A program made the position numbers and the translations under genes. The notes under the pieces are model-generated. The model was not told the DNA's origin, searched no databases, and saw only the letters and a list, made by a program, of their open reading frames with translations. This document shows, one piece after another, positions 52,474 to 64,000 of a DNA stretch of 64,000 nucleotides (position 1 is its first letter; every line of letters begins with the position of its first letter). The DNA comes from Paragordius varius (taxonomy: Eukaryota; Animalia; Nematomorpha), in NCBI GenBank assembly GCA_964247055.1, contig OZ176056.1, positions 9,424,001-9,488,000 on the forward strand. The letters run 5' to 3'.

Positions 52474-53038
52474 CTAAATAAAATAATATCTTCAATTATA
52501 TTTACTCTTTACGACTATTTGGGATATTTATTATATCAAAGATTTTATTTATTTTTAACTGAAATATGACAAGAGCTGACTAAATATCTTTTCCTCTATC
52601 ATTTTTAGACCTTATTGTCAAAACTCCTGATTACAATTCCTTTATTGGTTATACTGTCAGACTTTTTAAGACGGAACCCTATTTAAATCATGAAAATTCG
52701 TTAGAAATGAGCGATAAAACGGCATTTTAAGGTTGAAAAACATATACGCTCGAAATTTAATTTTCATTAATCTTATCTAGGGAATATTAAATATCGAAAA
52801 TAATTGTTAAAGTTACTAGAATAACCGAATTAGTTTTTTAAAGTATATTTACATCCAAAATTATTTCTAGATTTTATTATAATAGCTGAATTATAAATCA
52901 ATTTAGGAGTTTTAAAGATCTTTACCAAATTAAATGCCACCTTTAACCCGCATAATATAAATTAAGATATACTTTTTACAACCAAATTCTGAACTTAACT
53001 ATAAAATTTATGATAAAATTATTTTTTGCATATTATAC

Positions 53039-53124
53039 GACACGCAATGAACAGCCGTGAGAGCGAATCGTGGGTGAATTAGCACAGCGCCACAATCTTG
53101 TTTGCGTTCAATTTTCAGGAAAAG
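53039..53124 (-). CDS. S1 serine protease A, exon with catalytic His
   Basis: ATTTAG| LFLKIERKQDCGAVLIHPRFALTAVHCV(S) |GTATAA; 25/28 aa identical to 63746-63837. Confidence 0.92.
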
Positions 53125-53618
53125 CTAAATAATTAAAGCAATAAGAAATAAATTTGGACGTCATAAAATTTAAACTTTTTTTATAAAAACCCCAAAATTA
53201 ATCTGTCAATGTTTATATATAATATACTTTTGACACCTCAACGCGATAGTAAAAATATAATTGTAGGGTAAAACGTAAATGCGAAAACTACAACCATAAT
53301 TTTTTAATCCTTAATATTTTGCGCAAACTTAATAATTAAAAATTTATATATTAAGCGGGTTAGCAATAAACAACATTATTCCCTATTTCGCAAACTAAAA
53401 GAATGAGTAATATGTAAAAAAACAAGGTTGAGAAAATTAAAGTTATCTTGTAATAAAATTGTATGATCTTACTTTTTTAATGTATAAATTTATAATACCT
53501 TAATTTTCAATTTTTATACTAATTATTGTCAAAAACGGATTTTTTTTGTTTTGATTAGGCGTATCTTTTCGAAAAAGTTAAATATGTTTTCCCCATTATT
53601 TTTTTATATTTGACTTAC

Positions 53619-53734
53619 CTGCCAAGGCCAAGCTTTTATGTTTGCATTATTTCCATTTATGATGTGTTGAGTCAAAACACTGCAATTTGGCGAATGGATT
53701 CTTGCAAATTGATTTCCACAATCGGAATAACCGC
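53619..53734 (-). CDS. S1 serine protease A, pro-region/activation exon; upstream exons not identified
   Basis: TCCTAG| GYSDCGNQFARIHSPNCSVLTQH-IINGNNANIKAWPWQ |GTAAGT; 116 nt. Confidence 0.92.
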
Positions 53735-55096
53735 CTAGGAATATTGTATAATGGTTTAAAAATTAAATTATAACAAAAAAGCTTCGATTTTCAATCGAAA
53801 TGTACCTACTGGCATAATAATTAGTTATCCATCAAATAAAGGATGCTTATTCTTTTAGCGCCTTATAAGATACATTCAATTTTACCTGTATACTTAAGTA
53901 AAAACTCGGTGACAAATATATTTTAAATTAAATCTTGTTGACAATAGATGCAAATTATAAATTGAGATAAACGCACTCAATAAAATATTTCCTAATTTTA
54001 ATTAGAGAATTATCTAGAAAAATTCAGGCTTAAAAAGGTAGGATTGTTTTGTTAATTTTAGTTTTTTTTTTGTTTTGCCTTATATTTCAATTTTTACTAA
54101 TTGTAAAATAAGAATTAACCTCACTCTTCAAAACTTGGTATTTACAGATATAATTATTATATCCATATCGATAATAAATATTAATATATTTTAAATGAAA
54201 TCATTTTCATACAATTACCTAGAATTGTGCAAAATAGTATGTAAACGATTGAGAATAGATTCAGAAATAATTGAGTAATCATCGTTTCGTGTCAGAAGAA
54301 ATTTTAATCAATAGATTGAAACAAAAAATTTGACGGTCTTTTATAGATTTTAAATTATAACACAATATGATGCAAGCTTTCGAAATCTCCTTAAACAAGA
54401 ACAATTTCATCATAGATGCTCTTATTATTTCTTGCGTTATAAATAGAAACATTAAAAATACATACTAGTCCACGTTTCAAGTATTTATTTAATATACGAT
54501 AATATTTATTAATTTAATATAAAAAGTTCACCCGTAAAAAATCTAACAGCCAAATTGGGCTTTCAATAGGTTTGACCTTGGCCATTATTTCAATGAGTAA
54601 GCAAACAGTGTCAAACAATTTTTAATGAAGATCAAATATTTGCGCTTAATAACAGTGTTAACATAATTAAAATTTATAAAGGACACACAATTAAGCAAAA
54701 TGAAGAACTGAGGTAATACTGTTTTATAGGAGCATCTTTATACAATCACTGAATAACATAACTTGAATTAATAAGAATTTTTTTACAACAAAGATTTTTT
54801 GATTAAAAACCGCCTTTAATCTGGTAACAGTGAATATGTATAAGGATATTAACTTTGGGCCAAAAGGCGAGCATATAATAATAAAACAAACATAAAATTT
54901 ATTTATATAGAATCTTAATTATGTAGAAACTGAAGAATTAAAACTTAAAATTTTTTGTTTCTTTTAGCCTTTTAATCAAAGGCTTGTATCTAGTTTTACT
55001 AGCGAAGACCGAGCTTATTTTAATCGACAAAAAACAATTTCATTAAAGATATCATATCGATGGAATTTAGGATTTGATTTACAATATATACCATTA

Positions 55097-55221
55097 CCAG
55101 TCAAAATAAACGTTTTCCCAGTCAATCGAAACGTTTTCCCAGTCATCGAAACATTTTCCCAGTCAATCGAAAACATTTTCCAAATCAATAATAATGTTTT
55201 CCCAGTCAATAAAAACGGTTT
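55097..55221. repeat. minisatellite, ~21-22 bp unit AAACGTTTTCCCAGTCAATCG, about 5 copies
   Basis: Directly visible head-to-tail units with decay; no unique spacers. Confidence 0.85.
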
Positions 55222-55585
55222 TATTTTTGATGATGAATATCAAAATAAGATATAAAAACAACATTTAACCATTATCAGCGTAATATTAGGATATTATTTT
55301 GTATAAAAACACAATTATGGAATGACAGTTTTTCCAATTATATTCCAGTGCACAATTAATGACTTATTCTTCGAAAGTTATATTTTTGGAGTTTGAGATG
55401 TTTTTAAGATAATATTTTTTATTTTATCGATGGTTCGCATTAATATTTTGAACGCTTTAAAACAGTTTTTAAACATGTCAAATTTTTCCATAAAAATACT
55501 GTCGAAAAAATATTTAAACAAAATTTTTTTTCGATAAAAATGTTTTTGATTTAAAAATATTCAATAGAAAGATATATGACTAAAA

Positions 55586-56075
55586 CAGGGGTGTCTAACC
55601 AAATGGCTTCGCGGGCCGCATTACTCAAAAAGCACGGCGTCCCGAATTCGATAATATGGACATTCATAAATAATTTTTCGATTAGACATACAGTCATGTA
55701 TGTTTAGAATTGTCAAACATACGTTTTTAATTGATTTTTTACTTTGTTTTTAATTGTTTGCAATAAATAGGCTATTATTATTTAAGGCTTAAAAATGCGC
55801 ATGTTGAAAGTTATATCAAACATCATAACAAATAAAAACAAAGTAAAATCAATTTAAGTATGTTTGGCAATTCTAAACATACATGACTGTAAGACTGTAA
55901 AATACAAAAATATAACAATTTTTTCAATTCGTTATCAATTTAATAGACTCATTCAGAATATTGCGTAAGAAATATGAATATTACTAAGATTTTGTGGACA
56001 TATTTTTGCATATGGATTCTAAATTTTTCGCGGGCCGCATAAAGATACTCGTGAGGCCGCGTTAAACACCCGATG
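55586..56075. mobile_element. hAT MITE (family B) carrying a nested TA-MITE
   Basis: CAGGGGTGTCTAAC...GCGGGCCGCATAAAG...GTTAAACACCC; flanks GACTAAAA / GACCGAAT (partial TSD). Confidence 0.7.
55691..55889. mobile_element. 199-bp TA-flanked MITE (Tc1/mariner-type) nested in the hAT MITE
   Basis: TA|CAGTCATGTATGTTTAGAATTGTCAAACATAC...GTATGTTTGGCAATTCTAAACATACATGACTG|TA; terminal arms differ at one position over ~32 bp, and complementarity continues inward. Confidence 0.85.
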
Positions 56076-56666
56076 GACCGAATGATAAATATTATAAAAT
56101 TAGGGTAAAATTTATGTTTAAGATCCAAATGAAGTGTTTAATTCCTCTGAGATAAAATGGTATATTATTTTAAATTTTAATATTTCATCCGTAACTATAG
56201 ATTTTTTAAGTTAGCCGCAAATATTGTAAACCATTAATAAAATAAAAAATATTATCTTAATTTATTTAGACGGCATTTAAAATGTATTGAAAACAATTCA
56301 TATAATCACATTTTTTTATAATTAATTGATTAATAGTATAATTAATTTTATGTATTGCTAAATATAAAGAATCAGTAACATTTAGAAGCATTAGCTTTTG
56401 CAGCAAGCTGCCTACCTGGAGAATAGGTGGGTATTAAATTGTTAAATCAGCACAAAATATATTATAAAAAAAGTTTTATCAATGGGTTGAATATAAATTT
56501 TCCGAATAATTCTTGGTAATGTTAAATTTATAAAATTAGAGTTCAATTTTTTTAAATCTTCTCCTATTATTGCTGCAGATACCTATAAGGTATGATATAT
56601 TTCTCGCCTTCGGTTTTAAGTTTTACTATGTTTGTTAAATAAGCTCACATCATTTGAAAAAATATT

Positions 56667-56716
56667 TATAACCTAGTGGGCTTGAATGTTTCGATATTTA
56701 ATCCCACTAGGTTATA
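56667..56716. other. 50-nt hairpin with TTCG loop
   Basis: 14-bp perfect outer stem TATAACCTAGTGGG/CCCACTAGGTTATA, one mismatch, 8 further pairs including two G-T, TTCG tetraloop. Confidence 0.6.
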
Positions 56717-58531
56717 TAAAGTTGAACTGTATACTTTGCTAAACAATAAGTTCTTTTTAATAAAAAAAAGATTAGACAATTATTATTTTATAACTTTATG
56801 ATTCAAGAAATTCGATTAATCATATATTTATAATTTATCAAAAAAATAATAATTTATATATTTTTGATGAAAAAAAGGATATTTCAAATAGGGAGTTATT
56901 TATATCTAATGTTTCCGGACAATCCAAGGATGCATCTTTTATATACCTCAAAAATCTTTTAGTTATAAGTATCAATAGGGTTTTCGGTATATCTACTATA
57001 TAAGGAATAATCCAGCATTTTTTCAATATAGACAACCATGAAAAATAATTTGGCTCAAATAAAAAATTTTCAAAACGAAAAAACATTGAATTACCAAGGA
57101 TGCAAGATTTTTTGGCCAAGCAATTTTTATAGGGTCACTGGGGTTAAGCCGACTGTAAAATCTGTCATGACTATTTAAAATTCTTACTAATCATGGGAGA
57201 ATCTATAAAATAATAGGATTAAATGATGGTTTTAGGTATTCCCGTCGCTTTAAAAAGCCAATGAGCCTGCCTTTTCTAAAATACCCGCCAGTTAAAAACG
57301 GGCGTTAATTAAAAATTCTAGCTGATATATTAATATTATCGGCTGCAAATGAATCTTATTTTTATGGGCTTATTTTTTGTGTTGCTCTCTCGGGAGTTAT
57401 TATAAAATGATTTGACTACATGGGGATTAAATAATTTAATTCCTCTGGATTCATTAGTTCCCCAAAATATTATCAAGGCCCTATTGTTGTGGCCACTTCC
57501 CAGTGGCTAATTTAGATAAAGTTTGAATAACTTTTTTCACATAAAACGCACTCCTATGGACTAAATTATAAACTTTACACTACAAACTAAACGTAAATAA
57601 AAAAATATTGTTTAAAGACAATATTATTAAACTTGATAAGTCGTTATGGGTTGCAAAAAACGAAAAATAGATGTATGATTGAATTGTTCAAAAATAAGAA
57701 TTGAAAAAGGTAGCCTTTTTAAAAATAAATATTGTCTTTTAGTTTTACTTCTATAATTTTTCTGAATAATAATAATAATACATTTTTGGATAACACTATT
57801 ATGCCATAGAATGCATTTTACTGAAAATGACCCAGTATTTAGAATTAAAATATTGGATTTCATTTTTATAATTATAAAACTATTAAATAAATACTTGTGA
57901 TTTTGACATAAATCTTTATTTTTAAATCCTCTTATGAAGTTGTACTTCCTTGATTTAAAAAATAAATTTTAATAAAATATAGCATATTTGCTTGAATTAT
58001 TGTAAAAATTTAATATCCATTTAAATATGAGGTCACAAAAGAGTCACTCTTCCATAACAAACCCATCAAGGGGGGTTAAATATCCGTATCCCAAATCTTT
58101 AGTATGTAAAATAAAAATTAATTTTTTTTAAAAATTATTTAACCTTCATTTATTTTTCAAAAAAAATACATTAATCAAAAATGTTCTACAAAAATTTAAT
58201 TTTTTATTTATATTTGGGGGGCTTATTAATAATTTTATTCTCCAATAAACAATAATAAAAACAATTAGAAATGTATTTAATATCGGCAAAGTATATGAAC
58301 CATCTAATTAGTTTTAATATGCTGATATAAAAAGCTATTATCAAGGGTTTTATCACTAATATATGCGGATATATTGAACCATAATTGATGTGAGAATTTT
58401 TTAATTATCCGACAAATTTTTAAATTAATAGACAATTATTTTTTAAAGACATATTCTTAAAATCTAAAGAATTTTTTTATACGGACAAATTTTTGTTATA
58501 CGGCAAATTTTTATAAGGACTAAAACCGAAA

Positions 58532-59331
58532 CAGCAAAAAATGAAAATATACGGACAAAACGTAAAAATATAAAGACAAATATTTTTTAAAAGACAACCA
58601 TACTTTTTTCTTAATATCTCATATAAAATATTTACCTACAACTGTAAAATATAAAATTGAAGGGGTATTTACATCTGTGTTTGATATGTTTTCGATTGAA
58701 ATAATCAGCTATTTGAAAATAATCAAGATTTAAAATGCTTGTCTGTCTAGAAATAAATATTTATATGTTTATATTTTGTCCTCATAATTTCCATTTTTAC
58801 TGTATAATAGGATATGAGGAGTCCATATCTATAATGTTGATAAGTAATAACCCAATGAGATCTAGTGCGCTAAATGTTTACTATATTTTTTTAAAAAACT
58901 TTAACATAGCTCATGATATACATCGACTAGAAAATAAACCATTGTATGATTAAACATTAATTGAGAGATTATAAGAATACGATTCAATAAATCTCGCATT
59001 TTATACAAAAATAAGGCAAACTTTCCCTTTTACATTTATAACTCCAATCACCATGTCATAATAATTGAAAAAGGTAAATTAAAAAAAAACCTTATTCTGT
59101 ACTTATTTTGAAGAAATTCTTTACAATTGGAAAATAATGAAATTCCAAATATTCCTCATATTTTATTCTGTATCTTTTCTACATATGCGAAATCATTTTA
59201 TAATAAGGTTAAATCCACCATAAAACAATCCAATTTGCGGCATAAAAAAATTTAATCTTTTGATTTTACAATATGTCTGTTATAAAAAAATTTATCAGTA
59301 AAGTTTCGTCCGAATATTACATTTTTTACTG
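58532..59331. mobile_element. Tc1/mariner-type family F element, longer variant or two adjacent ends
   Basis: CAGCAAAAAATGAAAATATACGGACAAAACGTAAAAATATAAAGACAAATA ... CGTCCGAATATTACATTTTTTACTG|TA. Confidence 0.5.
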
Positions 59332-59353
59332 TAAAACAGTTAATTGTATATAA

Positions 59354-61622
59354 CAGGGGTGGCCACACTTTTTTTGTCGCGAGCTTTTTTTTTTGGCTTT
59401 TTTGTTAAAAAAAGAGTTCGCGGTCACCCAGAAATATTTTTCAAAAAAACTCAATCAACACTTTAAATGATGTATATACCTGCTTTACAGATTAGAGTGA
59501 CTTGTTTAAACCATTTTAAAATTGTAATATTTTTATCTATCAACCAAATACAAAAATAATTTTAATTAAAAGACAACGGGTTATTAACTACCTTAATTTT
59601 TTAACCAACATAAAACACTTCAAAATATTTATTTATTAAATTTCTATTATATGAAATTTTACAATATAAAAATTTAAACAATGCGTTTGAAATTACAGGG
59701 GAGAATACATTATGATACAAAAAATAAAAGAAATAAAAAATAGCATTCCAATTTAGAACCATAATTTGAACATAAATAAGAGTACATTAAAATTGTATCA
59801 GTTTTAATTCTATCCACATATTTTTTAGTAAATCGGCTTTTTCCTAAGCGAAAATACAACTCGATAAACATCCATATTTAATAAAGAAAAAAATATTTAA
59901 AACGCCCGACTGCGAAAAAATTCAGAAAGTTTATCTAAATTAGGTTCAAATGAAGTCAAAGCAATTCTCAAACATGATTCTAAATGTTTATTAGTTAATT
60001 GTGACCTCTGTTTAGTTTTGATAGCATTCATAATTGAAAAAGCCGATTCACATAAATATGTGGATCCAAAAAAGAATTGAATAATGCAGCGGTTTTCCAA
60101 ATATGGGGATATTTATCTTTATTTATAAATTTATATATATCTGATCCTAATAATTTTAGATGGATATCGCATTTAACATTTATTAATTCCTCTTCCAACT
60201 CTGCTAAATTTGGTACACCAAGAAAGTGGCTGAGTTTTTGAGCAATATATTCAACATTATTATTATTATTATTAAATGGGCATGATAAAAAATAGCGATG
60301 TCTTCAAGTTTATTTATAGATGAAAATCGTTTTTCAAAATCATTAATAAGCAGACCAATATCATCTGCATATTTTTCAAAAGAGAGATTCTCTATTTTTT
60401 TCAGACACCGCTGCCAGATTAAAAAAATGTTTTAAATCTCGGTTTTTTAATTGTGTTTCTACTACTGTTAGTGTTTCCTTAAAAGATTTTAAAGCACCCA
60501 TCATATCCATTATTGTTTTATCTTTTCCTTGTAATTGGATGTTTAATTTATGCTATTTTTCCGTGATATCGCATAAAAATGCAAGATCAAGCAGCCAATC
60601 TTGATCTTTCAATTCAGGGTATGAAAATTTAGAATTCTCTAAAAAAATTTCTATTTGTGGTAAAAGTTGCCTAAATCTAATTAAAAATGCGGCACGACTC
60701 AACCACCTTACATCAGTATGTAATAAAAGTTCTCCATATTCCACGCCGCACTCATTTAACAAAATTCGAAATTGGCGGCGGGACAAGCTTTTTGTTCGAA
60801 TGGCGTTAACAATTTTAAAACAGGGGTTCATTACATGATGGTATTTTAAAACTTTTGAACATAAAACTTGATTATGGATTATACAATGGTAATCAATGAA
60901 CTTGGGAAATGCACTGTGATTTTTACATAAAGCGATAAAGCCGTTGTTAACGCCAATCATAGCTGGAGCTCCATCAGTAGTTATAGATGCGAGTTTTACG
61001 ATGGGAAGTTTCGTATCTGTGATAAATTTATAAAAAGAATTAAAAATATCCTGCCCTCTGGTTCGTTCGTGGAGAGGTATTATAGTTAATAATTCCTCCT
61101 TTGCAGATAAATCACTAAATATCATACGAATAAAAATGCATAATTGGGCGATTCCAACATAATCGGTGAACTCATTGAGTTGCAAGGAAAAAAAATACAG
61201 TTATAAATATTTTCATGTAAAATTTCATCAAGATTATTACTAATATCTTCAGCCCTGCGCATAACGGTATTTCTCGATAAGCTTATGCTTTTAATAGCTG
61301 TCATAATATTATTTTTGTTATCAAAATTTTCAAATAAAATATCACAAGCGCTAATAAAGGCTTCTTTAAATATTTCACCATCTTGGAATGGCTTATTATT
61401 CCGAATGAGTATTTCCGCTACCTTGAATGAAGCAATCGTAGCATTTTTATAGTCTTTGTTGTATTTAAGTATGCTATTTTGTGAGGCGGATAATTGTTCT
61501 TTTTTTACTTTAATGTTGCGTTCTTGAGTTTGTAAGGGGTAGTTTTTGGAGTAATCTGGATGCAGAGATCTATAATGTCTTTCAATATTTGACTTTTTGG
61601 GCAAAGCAACAGTAGTATAAAG
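59354..61622 (-). mobile_element. hAT Buster/SPIN/GTF2IRD2-like transposon with near-complete, frameshifted transposase (59897-61622)
   Basis: 3' TIR CAGGGGTGGCCAC; TVALPKKSNIERHY (BED-finger end), ISLSRNTVMRR, (D)EFTDYVGIAQLCIFIRM, TTDGAPAMIG, YHCIIHNQVLC, HTDVRWLSR, WLLDLAFLCDIT, FGSTYLCESAFSIMN..K.KQRSQLT; several frameshifts. Confidence 0.92.
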
Positions 61623-61803
61623 CAGGGGTGTTCCACATAGACGGCTCAATATTTTCTAGTCCTGCGGACAGATTTAATTAAAAAATTTGTTTAGCAAATA
61701 TAAATTTTATTAAGATTTTGTGAGAATATCATTATAATCTATGCATTTCCAATTTTTCACTGGCCGCACATAAATCAAAGAGTTGCGTGTTGCCCACCTA
61801 ATG
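61623..61803. mobile_element. hAT MITE (related to family B) abutting the transposase N-terminus
   Basis: CAGGGGTGTTCCAC...TAAGATTTTGTG...GGCCGCACATAAA...GTTGCCCACC; flanks GTATAAAG / GTAAAACA (partial TSD); the first 9 residues of ORF 61122-61649 come from this TIR. Confidence 0.65.
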
Positions 61804-62976
61804 TAAAACAAACCCGATCATATTTATAGATATAGGGAATTATCGATGCTGATCATTTTGATATTTTTAAATATTAAATAACTCCATTTTTAAAGCTCTT
61901 ATGTATAGCTATTGATGAGAGTTGTTCACATATCATCTGCATTTCGTATAAATATTTTTTATTTTGTATAAATGGTATAGTTATACAGATATTGTAATAT
62001 ACATGTCGATTGATGTATATAAAACTTATTAGTAGTCGTTTATAATCTCGTTTGTTGCATAATCATGTTAAAAAGTATTAGTCATTCATGATTAAATTTA
62101 TCATTAATCTGATGGCCTATATTTACGCATATTTTCTTTTTATATATTCAAAGGCAAAACATATATTAATTACTTAAGTTTAATATAATTTAAATATCAA
62201 TTATATGATAAATTTTGCCAAAATATTTTCGCACTAAGATTATACATAAACGAGTAAAAAGCATCTTCAATAATTAAAAAGTTTTTACTGTAATAACATT
62301 ATATCATTGAAGATACACCGATGTTGTTCGCTTTAATTTTAGTGTCAAATTGTATATTCCATTTTTCATGAAAATACAACATTTCTTAAGCAATCAGAAC
62401 ATGTTTTTCTCAAAGACAACATTGTTTTCAGCAAAAACAACAAATTTTTAAAATTAATTACAATTTTTTTTATTTTATGGCAATTTTTATTAGATCTATT
62501 TAATTTTAGGCTAATGATTAATTAAATTTTAGCGTTATATTATAAATTTTATTGTTTTCTCATCAATATATGATTTAAATTGATTTTCAACTATGTTATT
62601 TGCCCATAAATTGTATTTATTAATAATAATTATTTTTTTCTATAACATTTTTAGTTTCACCTAACCAAATAAAATTGTCAACATGAAAAAAATTATTTTT
62701 GCTTGAAAAACGTTGTATCAAGGTGTATCAAGAAAAGGGTGAGCAGACCCACGTCGCCACTGTCCACAAAACACGTCCCTTGCTGCCCTTCCAAACACCA
62801 GTCAATGGTGGTTCAGTGACAGCCGTCTAGTTGCGTCGGGGGTCGGGTTGACTTTTTGCTCGGAATATCGTGTTTGGTTAATGTTGTTCTTTGCATGAAC
62901 ATGGGATTTGTTAAAACCGAATATCATTTAAAGTACTTTAAATCTTGTAATTGATTTAATCTTTATTGCAAAATAG

Positions 62977-63092
62977 GTGGCTATTCAGATTGTGGGATTC
63001 AGTTTGCAAGAATCAGTTCTCCTAATTGCAGCTCGTTGTCTCAACACATTGTTAATGGAAATAACGCTAATATACAAGCGTGGCCTTGGCAG
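62977..63092 (+). CDS. S1 serine protease B (paralog of A), pro-region/activation exon
   Basis: AAATAG| GYSDCGIQFARISSPNCSSLSQH-IVNGNNANIQAWPWQ |GTATTG; 116 nt; 32/38 aa identical to 53619-53734. Confidence 0.92.
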
Positions 63093-63348
63093 GTATTGAT
63101 TAAAAATATTAAATTAATCTTTATAAAGAACCCTAAGAAGGCACTTGAAATTTCTATTTTTTATATCAACAATGATTTTACTTAGTTAACCTCATCACAA
63201 TCTTTATCCCATAAGCCAGATAAATTTATGTTTAAAAAAATATTGTTTAAGTTAACTCTTATGTCTTATATGGTAAAATATTTAATTTTCAACCAACCAT
63301 TTAAAGTTTAGGACTCATATATATTTAATTCAAAAATCTACCCTTATG

Positions 63349-63583
63349 CAGAGGCGTAGCCTGCGTTTCTGGCTCCCGAGCATAAATAAGTAATGGCGCT
63401 CCCTTCACCTCCATGCGACACCTTGCATTTTAAAAAAAATTATGAATTCAAACCTGGTCATGATCACTCATAATGAGTGATTTTTTACTGAAATTTAAAT
63501 TGATAACTTTTATAAACACCGATTTTTTTGTAATATGGCGCCCGGTGCATCAGCCCCCCTTTCCCCCACTAGCTACGTTTCTG
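63349..63583. mobile_element. hAT MITE, 235 bp, in a protease B intron
   Basis: CAGAGGCGTAGC...GCTACGTTTCTG; flanks CCCTTATG / TGGTTATG (5/8). Confidence 0.7.
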
Positions 63584-63745
63584 TGGTTATGAGTTATTAA
63601 ATTAATATGAAACATAACAACAATTTTATATTGAATAGTTATATAAGCCATATCGAAAAAATCAGGAATCAAAAAATATTGTTTAATTATTTAAAAATTT
63701 AATGTTTTGTTCTCAAATTGTTAATATAACTATTTAATCATTTAG

Positions 63746-63837
63746 CTATTCCTCAAAATTGATCGTAAAAAAGATTGTGGAGCTGTGCTTATTCACCCCC
63801 GATTCGCTCTCACGGCTGCACATTGTGTGTGGGGAAA
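63746..63837 (+). CDS. S1 serine protease B, exon with catalytic His; gene continues beyond the window
   Basis: ATTTAG| LFLKIDRKKDCGAVLIHPRFALTAAHCVWG(K) |GTATGG. Confidence 0.9.
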
Positions 63838-64000
63838 GTATGGCATATATATCTTTTTCCATTATATAGTAAAAATGGAAATTATAAGGACACGAAAAAC
63901 AGAGACAAAGAAAGGCTTTAAGCCTTGATTTAAGACTAAATTATCTTAAGTGTAGTAACACAATTAGGATACTTATTTTACATCCCACAACGATTACCCA

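Noticed and set aside
55097-55221. CRISPR array, or M13/lacZ vector contamination (GTTTTCCCAGTCA matches the start of the M13 forward primer)
   Set aside because: Units are contiguous with no unique spacers, there are no cas genes, and the context is eukaryotic. The match is only 13 nt with no flanking vector sequence.
62321-62351. MLFALILVSN as the signal-peptide exon of protease B (phase-1 GT follows)
   Set aside because: Very short, and no homologous exon was found upstream of paralog A; not supportable without RNA data.
1-64000. tRNA, rRNA, snRNA genes, LTR pairs, prokaryotic operon or defence systems
   Set aside because: No recognisable cloverleaf, rRNA or snRNA motifs, no TG..CA direct repeats around the Gypsy relic, and no bacterial gene organisation.

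Overview
Very AT-rich eukaryotic DNA, most likely from an invertebrate animal (inferred from the short GT-AG introns and the TE repertoire), dominated by transposable elements. Host genes recovered by manual exon reading: (1) a multi-exon S1/chymotrypsin-family serine protease on the minus strand (7 exons, 53734->49142, His/Asp/Ser triad intact, one 1-nt frameshift); (2) a close paralog head-to-head on the plus strand (exons 62977-63092 and 63746-63837, running off the window); (3) a GT31 beta-1,3-galactosyltransferase-like exon (38181-39422, minus) with a ~90-aa insertion; (4) a disabled HSD17B12/KAR-like short-chain dehydrogenase (18095-21242, minus). Mobile DNA: 12 copies or fragments of a ~570-bp TTAA-flanked piggyBac-type MITE, twice nested inside itself; a Chapaev3-like element with ~490-bp TIRs; several hAT families, some with perfect 8-bp TSDs; TA-flanked Tc1/mariner-type MITEs; a near full-length RTE LINE plus several RTE relics; and a Gypsy pol relic. 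No rRNA, tRNA or CRISPR array was seen. The most unusual biology is the protease pair: His at P1 of the activation site in both paralogs, a non-canonical S1 pocket, and an extra exon in the autolysis loop. All coordinates and alignments were read by eye; family assignments come from remembered motifs, not database searches.
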